A DNA stretch of 64,000 bases from Candidatus Parcubacteria bacterium (GTDB lineage Bacteria; Patescibacteriota; Minisyncoccia; Phycocordibacterales; CAIZLB01): positions 185,624 to 249,623 of the forward strand of contig JBDKLC010000005.1 of the NCBI GenBank assembly GCA_039795775.1, given 5' to 3'. Below, piece after piece: positions 45,560-54,855 of the stretch. The notes beneath the pieces are model-generated. The model saw nothing but the letters and a program-made list of their open reading frames with translations. It made no database searches and was not told the DNA's origin. Numbering within the stretch: the first letter of the stretch is position 1; every line of letters starts with the position of its first letter. The position numbers were made by a program, and so were the translations under genes.

Positions 45560-47266
45560 ATGCTTAGAACTCGAATCAGAATTATTTCTCTTGGCTTTCT
45601 CGTATTTGCACTGTTTCTTTTTGTAAAATTGTATTCACTTCAGATCATCCATGCTGATGATTTTGCAGAACGAGCTGACCACCAGTACCAAAGACCTTCA
45701 AACAACTTGTTTAGTCGTGGCACTATTTATTTTCAGGATAAAAATGGCGGGCTCATTTCAGCTGGCTCTATCAAATCCGGCTTTACCATCACCATCAACC
45801 CAAAAGTAGTCCAGAAAGAGGGAATTGATAAGATTTACACAAAGTTGTCTGCCGTGCTCGAATTTGAAAAAGACGACTTTATCCAAAAAGCAAACAAGCA
45901 AAACAGCTCGTACGCTGAAATCAAAAAGCGTGTAGATGAAGACACTGGCAAAAGTATTGCTGCTCTCAAAATTCCAGGGGTAGGAGTGTACAAAGAAAGT
46001 TGGCGATACTATCCAGGCAACTCTCTTGCTGCGCATACACTTGGTTTCCTCGCCTTCAACAAAGAGAACGAATACGGCGGACGATACGGTCTCGAACGAT
46101 ACTACGACCAGACACTCAATCGTGACACAGACAATGTGTACGTGAACTTCTTCGCTGAAATCTTTTCTAATTTTAAAAAGAAAGTGATTGAAGGTGACGA
46201 CCTTGCGGGAGACATTGTCACAACAATCGAGCCAACAACACAGTCATATCTCGAAACAACGCTCAAGGGCATCATGACACGGTATTCATCGCAGAGTGCC
46301 GGGGCTATTATCATGGACCCAAAGACGGGCGAAATTTATGCTATGGCTCTCGCTCCAAGTTTTGATCCAAACAATCTCAAAGAACAAAAAAGTGTAGATA
46401 TTTTTCAAAATGACCTTGTAGAAAACGTGTACGAAATGGGATCTATCATCAAACCGCTCACTATGGCTGTGGGTATTGATACAGGAAAAGTGACTGCACA
46501 ATCTACATACAACGACGAAGGTTCTGTTACCTTGAGTGGCAAGACTATGTACAACTTCGACAAAAAAGGTCGAGGTGTCATCAACTATCAGCTCGCTTTG
46601 GCAAAATCACTCAACACAGGCTTCATTCATATTGCACAGCTTGTGGGGAACGAAACGATGTCTACCTATTTCAAAAAGTTTGCTCTTGGAGAAAAGACAG
46701 GTATCGACCTTCCAAATGAAGGGTCAGGACTCATCAGTACACTCGATAGAAACATCGATGTCGAAATTGCTACAGCGGCATTCGGACAGGGTATTGCTAT
46801 GACGCCTATTGAAACTGCACGTGCTCTTTCAACAATCGCAAACGGCGGATACCTTGTGACTCCGCATGTTGTAAAAAAGGTTGACTATCGAGTGGGCTAC
46901 ACAAAAACAATTGAACCAAAAATAGGCGAGCGAGTGATCAAAGAGTCGACAGCAACAGCAGTGACAGATATGCTCATCAACAACGTCGACACATCACTTC
47001 TTGATGGAAAAGCAAAGAATGCACACTACGCTGTAGCAGCAAAGACAGGGACAGCTCAGATGCGAGGTCCAGGTGGTACATATTATGACGATAGATATCT
47101 TCACTCATTCGTTGGCTTCCTTCCTGCCAAAGAACCACGATTCTTGGTCTTCATGTACACGATCAACCCACGAGGCGTGCAGTATGCGTCAGAAACACTT
47201 GCGCAGCCGTTCATCGACCTCACCAAATTCCTCATCAACTACTATCAGCTACCGCCGGATAGATAG
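45560..47266 (+). CDS. ftsI: Penicillin-binding protein 3 / FtsI (septal transpeptidase).
   Basis: The three PBP motifs are SIIKPL (SxxK), SLN and KTGTAQ. Confidence 0.85.
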   Translation: MLRTRIRIISLGFLVFALFLFVKLYSLQIIHADDFAERADHQYQRPSNNLFSRGTIYFQDKNGGLISAGSIKSGFTITINPKVVQKEGIDKIYTKLSAVLEFEKDDFIQKANKQNSSYAEIKKRVDEDTGKSIAALKIPGVGVYKESWRYYPGNSLAAHTLGFLAFNKENEYGGRYGLERYYDQTLNRDTDNVYVNFFAEIFSNFKKKVIEGDDLAGDIVTTIEPTTQSYLETTLKGIMTRYSSQSAGAIIMDPKTGEIYAMALAPSFDPNNLKEQKSVDIFQNDLVENVYEMGSIIKPLTMAVGIDTGKVTAQSTYNDEGSVTLSGKTMYNFDKKGRGVINYQLALAKSLNTGFIHIAQLVGNETMSTYFKKFALGEKTGIDLPNEGSGLISTLDRNIDVEIATAAFGQGIAMTPIETARALSTIANGGYLVTPHVVKKVDYRVGYTKTIEPKIGERVIKESTATAVTDMLINNVDTSLLDGKAKNAHYAVAAKTGTAQMRGPGGTYYDDRYLHSFVGFLPAKEPRFLVFMYTINPRGVQYASETLAQPFIDLTKFLINYYQLPPDR

Positions 47267-47413
47267 TCTGTCAGGAGATTGCCAAGGGGATACTTGTCGA
47301 TATTGTGCTGAAGTCGCTGAAATAGTAGGATAGGCAAGTTGCGGCGGGCGTTCACGTTAGCACTCTCTGAGTGCGGAACAGAACAGTACGACCGTCGCAA
47401 TAGAACAGAAAAC

Positions 47414-47485
47414 GGCCCTATCGTCTAACGGTTAGGACAGAGCCTTCTCAAGGCTTAAATCGGGGTTCGATTCCCCGTGGGGTCA
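47414..47485 (+). tRNA. tRNA-Glu (anticodon CTC). No CCA is encoded.
   Basis: The sequence is ggcccta-tc-gtct-aacggtta-ggac-a-gagcc-ttCTCaa-ggctt-aaat-cgggg-ttcgatt-ccccg-tggggtc-a. The T arm and D arm are canonical, and the acceptor stem has two G-U pairs. The overall form resembles bacterial tRNA-Glu. Confidence 0.75.
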
Positions 47486-47486
47486 T

Positions 47487-47527
47487 GGTAAATAAAAAGC
47501 ACCAGACATGCTGGTGTTTTTTATTTG
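47487..47527 (+). terminator. Terminator after tRNA-Glu.
   Basis: agcaccag pairs with ctggtgtt, followed by T6. Confidence 0.55.
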
Positions 47528-47602
47528 CCACATGATCGCCGGGGGCGAGAACCTGTGACCACTTCTCCTGGACGGTGTGACAATTGAGGTATACTGTAAT
47601 GT

Positions 47603-47890
47603 ATGAAAACAAGATATACATACGGATTACTATTTTTAGTAATTCACTCGATCTTATCTCTTGGAGCAATATTGTTTGTATATGATGCTAATATTCCAAA
47701 TAGTGATTTGGGACTGATTATGTTCCCAAATATTTTTATTCCTTTGCTTTTAACTGATCAATTACCTCGTATTTTTGGATATTGGTCTAACTTATATTGG
47801 AGTGGAATCTTTTGGTTTATTATAGGTTATTTAATTGGATTAATTGTTGAAAAGAGAAGATTAAGAAAATCAAATGAACACCTCCAATAA
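47603..47890 (+). CDS. Hypothetical small membrane protein.
   Basis: The 95 aa protein has 3 TM helices and AT-rich codon usage. Confidence 0.45.
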   Translation: MKTRYTYGLLFLVIHSILSLGAILFVYDANIPNSDLGLIMFPNIFIPLLLTDQLPRIFGYWSNLYWSGIFWFIIGYLIGLIVEKRRLRKSNEHLQ

Positions 47891-49298
47891 CAATCTTGAA
47901 CAAACAAGGCAAGAAGTACAAAAGTTTTTACACGATGACATTTCAGTTTTTACTGTAAAAGGAAAAGGCGCAGTAAATAACGCTTATTATGTTGAAACAA
48001 AAAGCGGGTCTACATACATAGTGAAACAAGAACGCGAAGATAAAGAGTTTCAACCTCAGAACGATTTACTTGTAGAAGCGAATGTTATACAACAGCTTTC
48101 ATCAGTAGGTCTGACACTTTCAATACCCAAAGTTTCATTTATATCTGAGAAGCCAAAGATGTATGGCTATGAGTATATCGAAGGTGAAATGCTTCGAGGA
48201 ACATGGCCATCTCTTTCTGAAGAAGAAAAAATAAGCATATGCACTGCTTTGGGTGAATTTCATGCAGAAATTGGAAAGAAATGTACTAAAGAAATGGCTG
48301 AATCTCTGGGTATTACAATTGACCTATCTACAGGCTTACACCCAGAAGTCTCAAGAGATTATGAATTAATCCTACAAAATTCACAGGTACCAGACTCATT
48401 TAAAATTCTCGCACGACGGGCAAAAGAGATATTTGATATCACAGAGCATGATATACTCTTTCAGTTTCTTCATAATGATGCTCATCACGAGAATGTTTTA
48501 ATCAAAAATAAGCAGATCTCTGGAATCATCGACTTTGGTAATGCCGAGTATGGTGAAATTGCAAAAGAGTTTTCACGCTACATACGAGATTTCCCATTTC
48601 ATTTTCAATATATTGTCTCTGCCTACGAAAAAGCATCTGGCAATAAGCTTTCATATACGCGTCTCGTAACCAACTCTTTTTTGAGCGGTCTTATTGATAC
48701 TGTAGGAGATTATTTGAAAGGGGGAGAGGGAAGAGTGAATGCTGAAAAAGCTATGGCTAGATATAAAAAACTCATAGATACATATACGCAGACACAAAAT
48801 CCCAAACGTATTCTGATAGTCGGTGATGCTGGTAGAGGAAAAAGTACATTTGCAAAAAAACTTTCGGCCAAGCTTGGTATTCCAGCGTATGAGACAGATG
48901 ACTTTTATTGGATAAAGAAATTTTCTGTACCAGCAAACAAACAGGAGAGTATAGATGCTATTGCAAAAGTATATCTAGAAGATACGTGGATTGTAGAAGG
49001 CACTACACGACACTTGGTACAGGGAGCATTTGAAAAAGCTGATGTAATTTATAGTCTCGAATTTAAGTGGATCATCTCGCAGTATTACCGGCTTATTAAA
49101 AGATCATTTGGCAGAGATCATGAAAGCTGGAGGGGACTGTGGGTTCTTCTGGTACACGTCACACGAAAAAGATTTAAAAAAGGATACAGAGCCGAGCTCC
49201 CGTCTATTCAAGAGATGATCAAACCGTATGAGAGTAAAGTGGTACATCTTTGTTCGTTCAAAGAGATACAATCTGAATTACATAAATATAATTTGTAA
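47874..49298 (+). CDS. Fusion protein: an N-terminal APH/choline-kinase-like phosphotransferase domain and a C-terminal P-loop NTPase (adenylate-kinase/zeta-like).
   Basis: The kinase-like half carries HNDAHHENVL (Brenner motif) and IDFGNAEYG. The C-terminal half carries the Walker A LIVGDAGRGKSTFAKKL. Confidence 0.65.
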   Translation: MNTSNNNLEQTRQEVQKFLHDDISVFTVKGKGAVNNAYYVETKSGSTYIVKQEREDKEFQPQNDLLVEANVIQQLSSVGLTLSIPKVSFISEKPKMYGYEYIEGEMLRGTWPSLSEEEKISICTALGEFHAEIGKKCTKEMAESLGITIDLSTGLHPEVSRDYELILQNSQVPDSFKILARRAKEIFDITEHDILFQFLHNDAHHENVLIKNKQISGIIDFGNAEYGEIAKEFSRYIRDFPFHFQYIVSAYEKASGNKLSYTRLVTNSFLSGLIDTVGDYLKGGEGRVNAEKAMARYKKLIDTYTQTQNPKRILIVGDAGRGKSTFAKKLSAKLGIPAYETDDFYWIKKFSVPANKQESIDAIAKVYLEDTWIVEGTTRHLVQGAFEKADVIYSLEFKWIISQYYRLIKRSFGRDHESWRGLWVLLVHVTRKRFKKGYRAELPSIQEMIKPYESKVVHLCSFKEIQSELHKYNL

Positions 49299-49330
49299 TC
49301 TGATATAAAAGGTATGCTAAGCTTTGTAAT

Positions 49331-49786
49331 ATGGAATCAAAATATAACTTCAAAAGAAATAGTCCTAGCCAAATAGTAATCTATAGTGTGTTTGGAGTTT
49401 TAACGCTCATTTTAATACTTGTCTGGATGGTGTTGAGGTCTATTAACCCAGAGTTGGCTTTTGTTTCTAATATATTTGTGCCGATAATGATTTTCTTCGG
49501 AATAGCCGGATTCCTTATGCAGATCTTTGTAGTAAGCAAGAGGCAGTTTATAAAACTAACTGATACATCAGTAATGGTTTATAGGGGATTAGGAATTATT
49601 CCAAATACATTTAAATATATAGACATTAAGAGAGTTAACATCTCTGGAGAAATGCTCAAAGGTATTGATACAGGATTATATGCAGCATGGCCAATATTTT
49701 TAAACGTAGAAAATGTTCAGCAGTTTGTTCAAGATTTATCATTGAGATACAAAAGTAGCACTGGGACTGACATAGTCATATATTAA
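49331..49786 (+). CDS. Hypothetical membrane protein with a PH-like (bPH) C-terminal region.
   Basis: Two TM helices are followed by a soluble domain of about 80 aa. Confidence 0.5.
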   Translation: MESKYNFKRNSPSQIVIYSVFGVLTLILILVWMVLRSINPELAFVSNIFVPIMIFFGIAGFLMQIFVVSKRQFIKLTDTSVMVYRGLGIIPNTFKYIDIKRVNISGEMLKGIDTGLYAAWPIFLNVENVQQFVQDLSLRYKSSTGTDIVIY

Positions 49787-49869
49787 GACTGTTTAGGTAA
49801 GGAAATACCTATAATAGTTGAAGAGGGGGTTCGATTTTAGTTGGAATGAGCAAGATGTATAGCGCTAAG

Positions 49870-49955
49870 TTGACAGCTTAATTTTGACATAGAGATTCTT
49901 TATGAAAATTGACAAAGTAGCAATTTTGTCATATTATAAAATCAGCAACTGACAA
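49870..49955 (+). promoter_or_regulatory. Promoter with TGACA repeats and a palindrome upstream of the helicase gene.
   Basis: TTGACA at 49909-49914 and TATTAT at 49932-49937 are separated by 17 nt. tgacaaa pairs with tttgtca as a palindrome spanning the spacer. Additional TGACA(A/T)AG copies lie at 49871, 49885 and 49950. Confidence 0.45.
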
Positions 49956-50030
49956 AGCTCTTTAATAATCTGAAGGGCTATTTTCATTTCTCAACAATCA
50001 ATCTCAAACCAACTCAGAACATCATACATA

Positions 50031-51779
50031 GTGAAAGTAATACAACCGCGCCCATATCAGGCGATCGCTGTGAGGGCCGCACTTAAGGCTCTTCGTTCGA
50101 AGCTGAAACGTGCGTTAGTTGTTATGGCTACTGGACTCGGTAAAACGATTACTGCGGCTATGATAACAAAAGCACTTTTCGCAAAAGGGAGAATTCTCTT
50201 TTTGGTGCATAACACCTTCATCCTTGATCACGCCGTGTCTGAGTTCAAACTCATTTTCGGTGAAGACATGGATGTATCGATCTACAAGGGCGGATCTAAA
50301 ACGGCTCCTCACAAAGCACAATTCGTCTTTGCTACATGGCAGACAATGGGTATCAATCTCAATAACTGGGACACAAAGCATTTTGACCTAGTCATTGTGG
50401 ACGAGGCCCATCATACTGAAGCAATTACCTACGCTCCTACTATTCGGTATTTCCTTGCTGCCAAACTTGGCATCACGGCAACTCCTGATCGAAACGACGA
50501 TGCGGATATCCGCGAAGTATTCGGTGAGGAAGTCGTTAACTTCAGTTTGGAGGAGGCAATCGTTAATGGTTGGCTCCCACCGATTGAGTATCGACTTTGT
50601 CATGACAACAGTCTCGACAACGTGGAACTGCAAAAAGTCCTCGACGAGATTCGGACAGCAAAAAGAAGAATGTCGATTGCGGAAATTAATCGGCGTGTTT
50701 TTATTCGAAAAAAAGCGAAAGTCGTGGCAAAGACCATCATGGACGAAGGTAAGCCCGCACTTATCTTTTGTAAGGATATTAGCCACGCTAAACGCATGGC
50801 ACGTATTATTCCCAAATCTCGCGCATTTCATTCTGGAAAGGATGCAAAGCATAAAACGCAGAGGAAGATATGGGATCGTAATCTAAAGACACTTAGTGAC
50901 TTTCGCAGTGGTAAGTTGCGTTATGTTACTGCCGTCGATGCATTCAACGAGGGTGTCGATGTCCCAGCAATTCATCTCATTGCTCTGTTACGTCAACATG
51001 GCGTGATTACCAGATGGAAGCAGCAGATTGGACGTGGTGCTCGACCCGATGACGGAAAGACAAAGTTGGTGGTTATGGATTTCGTAAGTAATCTAGAGCA
51101 TCTGCAATTTCTTCTATCTTTCAAAAAGAAGATCGCCCAAATGGAGCGTAAGAAGTATCCGAAAGGTCCAAAGGTTTCAAAATCCATTGAGATAAGCGGA
51201 GACCCATTTACGTTCACATTCACACAAGAAATTGTGAATCTCATGGAGGTACTGGAATCCTGTTCAAAAGATTTCTACGCGACGTGGGAGGAAGCATCTG
51301 AAGTTGTCAAAAAACTTGGAATTACAGGAACCTACAGTTACAGACAAAAAAGAAGTTTTGATTCGAAGCTTCATTCTGCACCTGATCAGTTTTATGCCAA
51401 TTTCCCCGGCTGGAAAACGTTTTTTGGAAGAGTTGAGTATTACTCTACGTGGGAAGACGCATCAATAGCGGTCAAGGCTCTTGGAATACGTTCATGGGAA
51501 GAATACAAAAGTCTTCACAAAAACGATCCACGGCTGCCTCCAGACTTGTATGGTGCCTATCCAGCACTCCCGAACTTTAAAAAGTTGTGCGGGTTAGAAG
51601 AAAAAAACCTATACGTGACAGTCCAAGAAGCATCAACAGCGGCTATAGCTTTAGGGATCAAAACGAGCACTCAGTATTGGAAAGACTCGCACTTAGACGG
51701 GCGCTTGCCAAAAAATCCAAGAAACAAATACAAGAAAAAGTTCCCAGGGTGGGATATGTTTTGGGGAAAGAAGAAGTAG
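50031..51779 (+). CDS. SF2 DEAH-box helicase (ResIII/type III restriction-like) with three C-terminal tandem repeats of about 50 aa.
   Basis: The helicase motifs are ATGLGKT (motif I), VIVDEAHH (II), ITATP (III) and QQIGRGAR (VI). Residues 420-580 contain three repeats of the form WEEAS-x-VKKLGI ... P-x-FPGW-x-FFG. Confidence 0.8.
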   Translation: MKVIQPRPYQAIAVRAALKALRSKLKRALVVMATGLGKTITAAMITKALFAKGRILFLVHNTFILDHAVSEFKLIFGEDMDVSIYKGGSKTAPHKAQFVFATWQTMGINLNNWDTKHFDLVIVDEAHHTEAITYAPTIRYFLAAKLGITATPDRNDDADIREVFGEEVVNFSLEEAIVNGWLPPIEYRLCHDNSLDNVELQKVLDEIRTAKRRMSIAEINRRVFIRKKAKVVAKTIMDEGKPALIFCKDISHAKRMARIIPKSRAFHSGKDAKHKTQRKIWDRNLKTLSDFRSGKLRYVTAVDAFNEGVDVPAIHLIALLRQHGVITRWKQQIGRGARPDDGKTKLVVMDFVSNLEHLQFLLSFKKKIAQMERKKYPKGPKVSKSIEISGDPFTFTFTQEIVNLMEVLESCSKDFYATWEEASEVVKKLGITGTYSYRQKRSFDSKLHSAPDQFYANFPGWKTFFGRVEYYSTWEDASIAVKALGIRSWEEYKSLHKNDPRLPPDLYGAYPALPNFKKLCGLEEKNLYVTVQEASTAAIALGIKTSTQYWKDSHLDGRLPKNPRNKYKKKFPGWDMFWGKKK

Positions 51780-51867
51780 TCGTCATGAAAGTGACTTCAG
51801 ATAGAGGGGGCACGGCGTGTCCTTATAGTGGTATTCTCCACAGGTAGAGTTATCCAGAAGCTCAAAA

Positions 51868-51905
51868 TCATCCCCCGCACCAGCAATGGTGCCGGGGATG
51901 TTTTT
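51868..51905 (+). terminator. Rho-independent terminator after the helicase gene.
   Basis: A 14 bp stem with one mismatch pairs catcccccgcacca with tggtgccggggatg. The loop is gcaa, followed by T6. Confidence 0.65.
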
Positions 51906-51926
51906 TATACTATAATGTACACAACA

Positions 51927-52382
51927 ATGAAAAAAAACATTGCCTCAATTGCAATACTCCTCATCGCATGTGTCGGTATCTTTTTTATAATTAAAAGCGT
52001 GTACGTGAGCAAGGCTGAACCAACACCTCCCGACATTCCGTTTACTGATACTCAAGGTAGAACCGTTATGACACCGTCAGGTCGTTCTGCTGTTTTGACT
52101 ATATCACCATGTGAATCAACATCAATTCAAGCTTGCTTTGGATCAGGAATGACTTTTATGGCGAGTTCAACTGGTGTAGATATATATAGTCTTGTCAGTA
52201 CCGAATCACTGACACGCTATGGTGCGGCTTTGTCTGACACATCGAGCACAGCAAACACACCTGACTCTTCTGATCCTCAAAGATTGTTTGAAGTTACGTT
52301 CGACACAAAAGATCAACCTGCAACAGGAGACGATATACTATTTTTCAACAAGCTCGTTTCTAATTTATTCACACGTACATAA
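51927..52382 (+). CDS. Secreted or membrane-anchored protein carrying a novel Cys-containing domain.
   Basis: The start is at MKKNIASIAILLIACVGIFF. The C-terminal region reads ISPCESTSIQACFGSGMTFMASSTGVDIYSLVSTESLTRYG. It is homologous to the C-terminus of the 53928-54830 protein. Confidence 0.5.
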   Translation: MKKNIASIAILLIACVGIFFIIKSVYVSKAEPTPPDIPFTDTQGRTVMTPSGRSAVLTISPCESTSIQACFGSGMTFMASSTGVDIYSLVSTESLTRYGAALSDTSSTANTPDSSDPQRLFEVTFDTKDQPATGDDILFFNKLVSNLFTRT

Positions 52383-52383
52383 T

Positions 52384-52811
52384 ATGGCTGAACTTAAAAC
52401 AACAAAAACAAAAGCGAGTGTAATGCATTTATCAAATCTCTCTCAGATGAACAACGTCGGAAAGATGCACAACTGTTACTTACTATTTTCAAGAAAGCGA
52501 CTGGTCTGAAACCTGTGATGTGGGGGACAAGTATTATTGGATTCGGTTCGTATCATTACAAATCAGAAAAGTCGTCGCAAGAAGGAGATTGGATGCTTAC
52601 TGCGTTTTCTCCACGTAAGGCTAATATGACGGTGTACATTATGTCAGGTGCCAAACAGTATCCAGAATTATTGAAAAAGCTTGGAAAGCATAAAGTATCA
52701 AGCGGTTCTTGCATTTATATACGTACAGTTGATGATATTCATATTCCTACTCTGAGCGCTCTTATCAAACAGTCTGTAAAAGATATGAAAGTACGATATA
52801 ACGTGAAATAG
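52384..52811 (+). pseudogene. DUF1801 (YdhG-like) family gene disrupted by a -1 frameshift.
   Basis: Frame 1 reads MAELKTTKTKASV and then runs into a stop at 52509. The adjacent frame, from about 52422, encodes NAFIKSLSDEQRRKDAQLLLTIFKKATGLKPVMWGTSIIGFGSYHY and continues to YPELLKKLGKHKVSSGSCIYI. The two frames can be joined by adding one A in gtaatg at about 52420-52425. Confidence 0.55.
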
Positions 52812-52994
52812 TTCCGGTTATAAGTGTTATATTGAGCGATGTAACATGAATCGACGAAGTATGAAGGCTCAGGTGACAAGTCGTTGACTTTTTGTATATT
52901 TATTGTAATGTTATCTCAGCAAACATTTTGTTCTCCACAACAATTCAACTGAATTCACACACAAACCCACACACCACACAACCAGTATCATACA

Positions 52995-53357
52995 ATGCAA
53001 ACAGCCAGATTAACTACCGAATCGTTTGCTCGCTACATACGCGGGCAAGTTCACTTCAGCAGTCCAGAACTTGGGCTTAGCTTTGAATGTCGCGCCGTCG
53101 TCTCAAGCGTCAATCTCGATGATAGCGGCATCCTGACTATTCAATTTGAGGTCGCTGCGTCTCGTCCTACAGACCGGAAAGATGAACAGCCCTGGGCACG
53201 CATCTCTCGCATGAGCTTCGTGACCAGCATCACAGGCTACAATGTGAGTGAAGACGTTGAGCGTTCGCTTACGCTTCAATCCGACAGCAGGAACACGCAC
53301 ATGATCTTCCGCATGCCCGAGCATGACGATGATCTCGACTTCAACACCATCCACTGA
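52995..53357 (+). CDS. Hypothetical protein (GC-rich insertion).
   Basis: The 120 aa protein has no motif. It is followed by a hairpin with a T-run at 53385-53440. Confidence 0.4.
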   Translation: MQTARLTTESFARYIRGQVHFSSPELGLSFECRAVVSSVNLDDSGILTIQFEVAASRPTDRKDEQPWARISRMSFVTSITGYNVSEDVERSLTLQSDSRNTHMIFRMPEHDDDLDFNTIH

Positions 53358-53496
53358 CCAGTGATGACTACCGACCAGGGTTCTAGCCCCACAAGAAATG
53401 ACTCACCCGATTCATTTCAGGTGGGGCTTTTCTTTTTATCGCGAAGTATATGTTGTGTATCTATAAGTTTTGAATGTAGGTTATACTATATGTACT

Positions 53497-53913
53497 ATGA
53501 AAGATAGATCGTCTTGGTTACATTGGTTTTTGGGAAGTATTCTTATATACACTGTGGTCGTCGGACTCACTGTTCTAATGGAGCTTTCTTGTGAAGGAGA
53601 AACAATGTGTGGAATTCTTACATTTGGTGCAGCAGTTTTCCTCCTCCCAATTATTCCTGTTGCTACTTTTGTGGGTTGGTACAAAGGGAGAAAAGACCCC
53701 AACGCCGCTTCTTTGAAGTTATTTTGGCTTAGAGGTGCAATATTTGGTCTTACTGCGTGGATTGTTATTTTCGCGATTTCAGAGTCTTTCTACTTCTATG
53801 GTAATTTTCCAGTCATCTATAAGTTACTATACTTTGGTTATGATGAAATTGGTGGTTTGCTGTATGTGGTTGCCGGTGGGGTGTGCGGTTTTGTTTATCA
53901 GAAATTTCAGTAA
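53497..53913 (+). CDS. Hypothetical membrane protein.
   Basis: It starts at MKDRSSWLHWFLGSILIY and has 4 TM helices. Confidence 0.45.
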   Translation: MKDRSSWLHWFLGSILIYTVVVGLTVLMELSCEGETMCGILTFGAAVFLLPIIPVATFVGWYKGRKDPNAASLKLFWLRGAIFGLTAWIVIFAISESFYFYGNFPVIYKLLYFGYDEIGGLLYVVAGGVCGFVYQKFQ

Positions 53914-53927
53914 ACTTTTAACATAGT

Positions 53928-54830
53928 ATGAAAGAACTCATCACTAAAATTCTCAGAAAGCCTCTCGATATAATGGGATTTAATTTTCGAAACGAACCAA
54001 CACTCACAACGATTCTCATTTCATATGCTATCTTGATAGCCATTTTTGTTGTGATGGCACTTCTATTATTTTCATACATACCATCTCCTTATATATACCA
54101 GATATATCTTCGTAATATCCTCGCCTTAATATTTGGAGCAATTTCTATTGTCGGTCTTGGTTATTCTTTAAAAAATATCAAGTCTACTTCAAATGGTGGT
54201 TATTTAGTTGCTCTGTGTCTTATTGTGGGAGTAGTTTGTTGTATAGTAGTTAGTAGTTTTATATATGATAGCTTTGGTTTTAAAAGAGAAATAATTGAAA
54301 CAAAACTCACAACACATTATGGAGCAAAAACTAGAAATGTTGTTTGTAATGGGAGTGTACGAGCTGAAATAGATAATAAGCTCTACGGTTTTGGATGTTT
54401 AGATTCTAATGTCGAACAAATTTTACCTCACAACTTAAATACAGACAGTACCTATAGATTGGTCATCTTGCCGCATTCACACGACATAATAAGTGCCGAA
54501 AAAATAGAAACCAAACAACATGTGCTGAAATTGCCATCAGGTCTTTCTGCCAAAATGGAACTATCTTCTTGTGAGACATCTGCTCTGCAAACTTGTTTTG
54601 GTTCGGGAATGGAGTTCGTAGCAAGCTCAACAAAGCTTGATGTATACAGTTTAGTAAGTACAGAGTCTGCAACTCGGTATGGAGTGGTAATTGATCCTAC
54701 GATTGATTCTCCAGCTGCATATGTGGTGGTTATTAGTACTGAAAGTGGCACTGGCACTTTTTCAGATCGAGATTTTGTATTCTTAGATACAATAGTACGC
54801 AATATAGATAAGTTGGGCTTAATTAAATAA
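53928..54830 (+). CDS. Membrane protein with a C-terminal Cys-containing domain, paralogous to 51927-52382.
   Basis: An N-terminal multi-TM region is followed by LSSCETSALQTCFGSGMEFVASSTKLDVYSLVSTESATRYG. Confidence 0.5.
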   Translation: MKELITKILRKPLDIMGFNFRNEPTLTTILISYAILIAIFVVMALLLFSYIPSPYIYQIYLRNILALIFGAISIVGLGYSLKNIKSTSNGGYLVALCLIVGVVCCIVVSSFIYDSFGFKREIIETKLTTHYGAKTRNVVCNGSVRAEIDNKLYGFGCLDSNVEQILPHNLNTDSTYRLVILPHSHDIISAEKIETKQHVLKLPSGLSAKMELSSCETSALQTCFGSGMEFVASSTKLDVYSLVSTESATRYGVVIDPTIDSPAAYVVVISTESGTGTFSDRDFVFLDTIVRNIDKLGLIK

Positions 54831-54855
54831 CAGAAAAAATTGATATAATACTCAT

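Noticed and set aside
47270-47412. A candidate small RNA (SRP, 6S or RNase P fragment) in the GC-richer spacer before tRNA-Glu.
   Set aside because: No conserved SRP domain IV, RNase P or 6S signature sequences are visible. It cannot be assigned without a covariance search.
53103-53354. An 83 aa minus-strand ORF overlapping the 52995-53357 plus ORF.
   Set aside because: It is shorter than the plus-strand frame. A plus-strand hairpin with a T-tract follows at 53385-53440. Neither frame is strongly supported.
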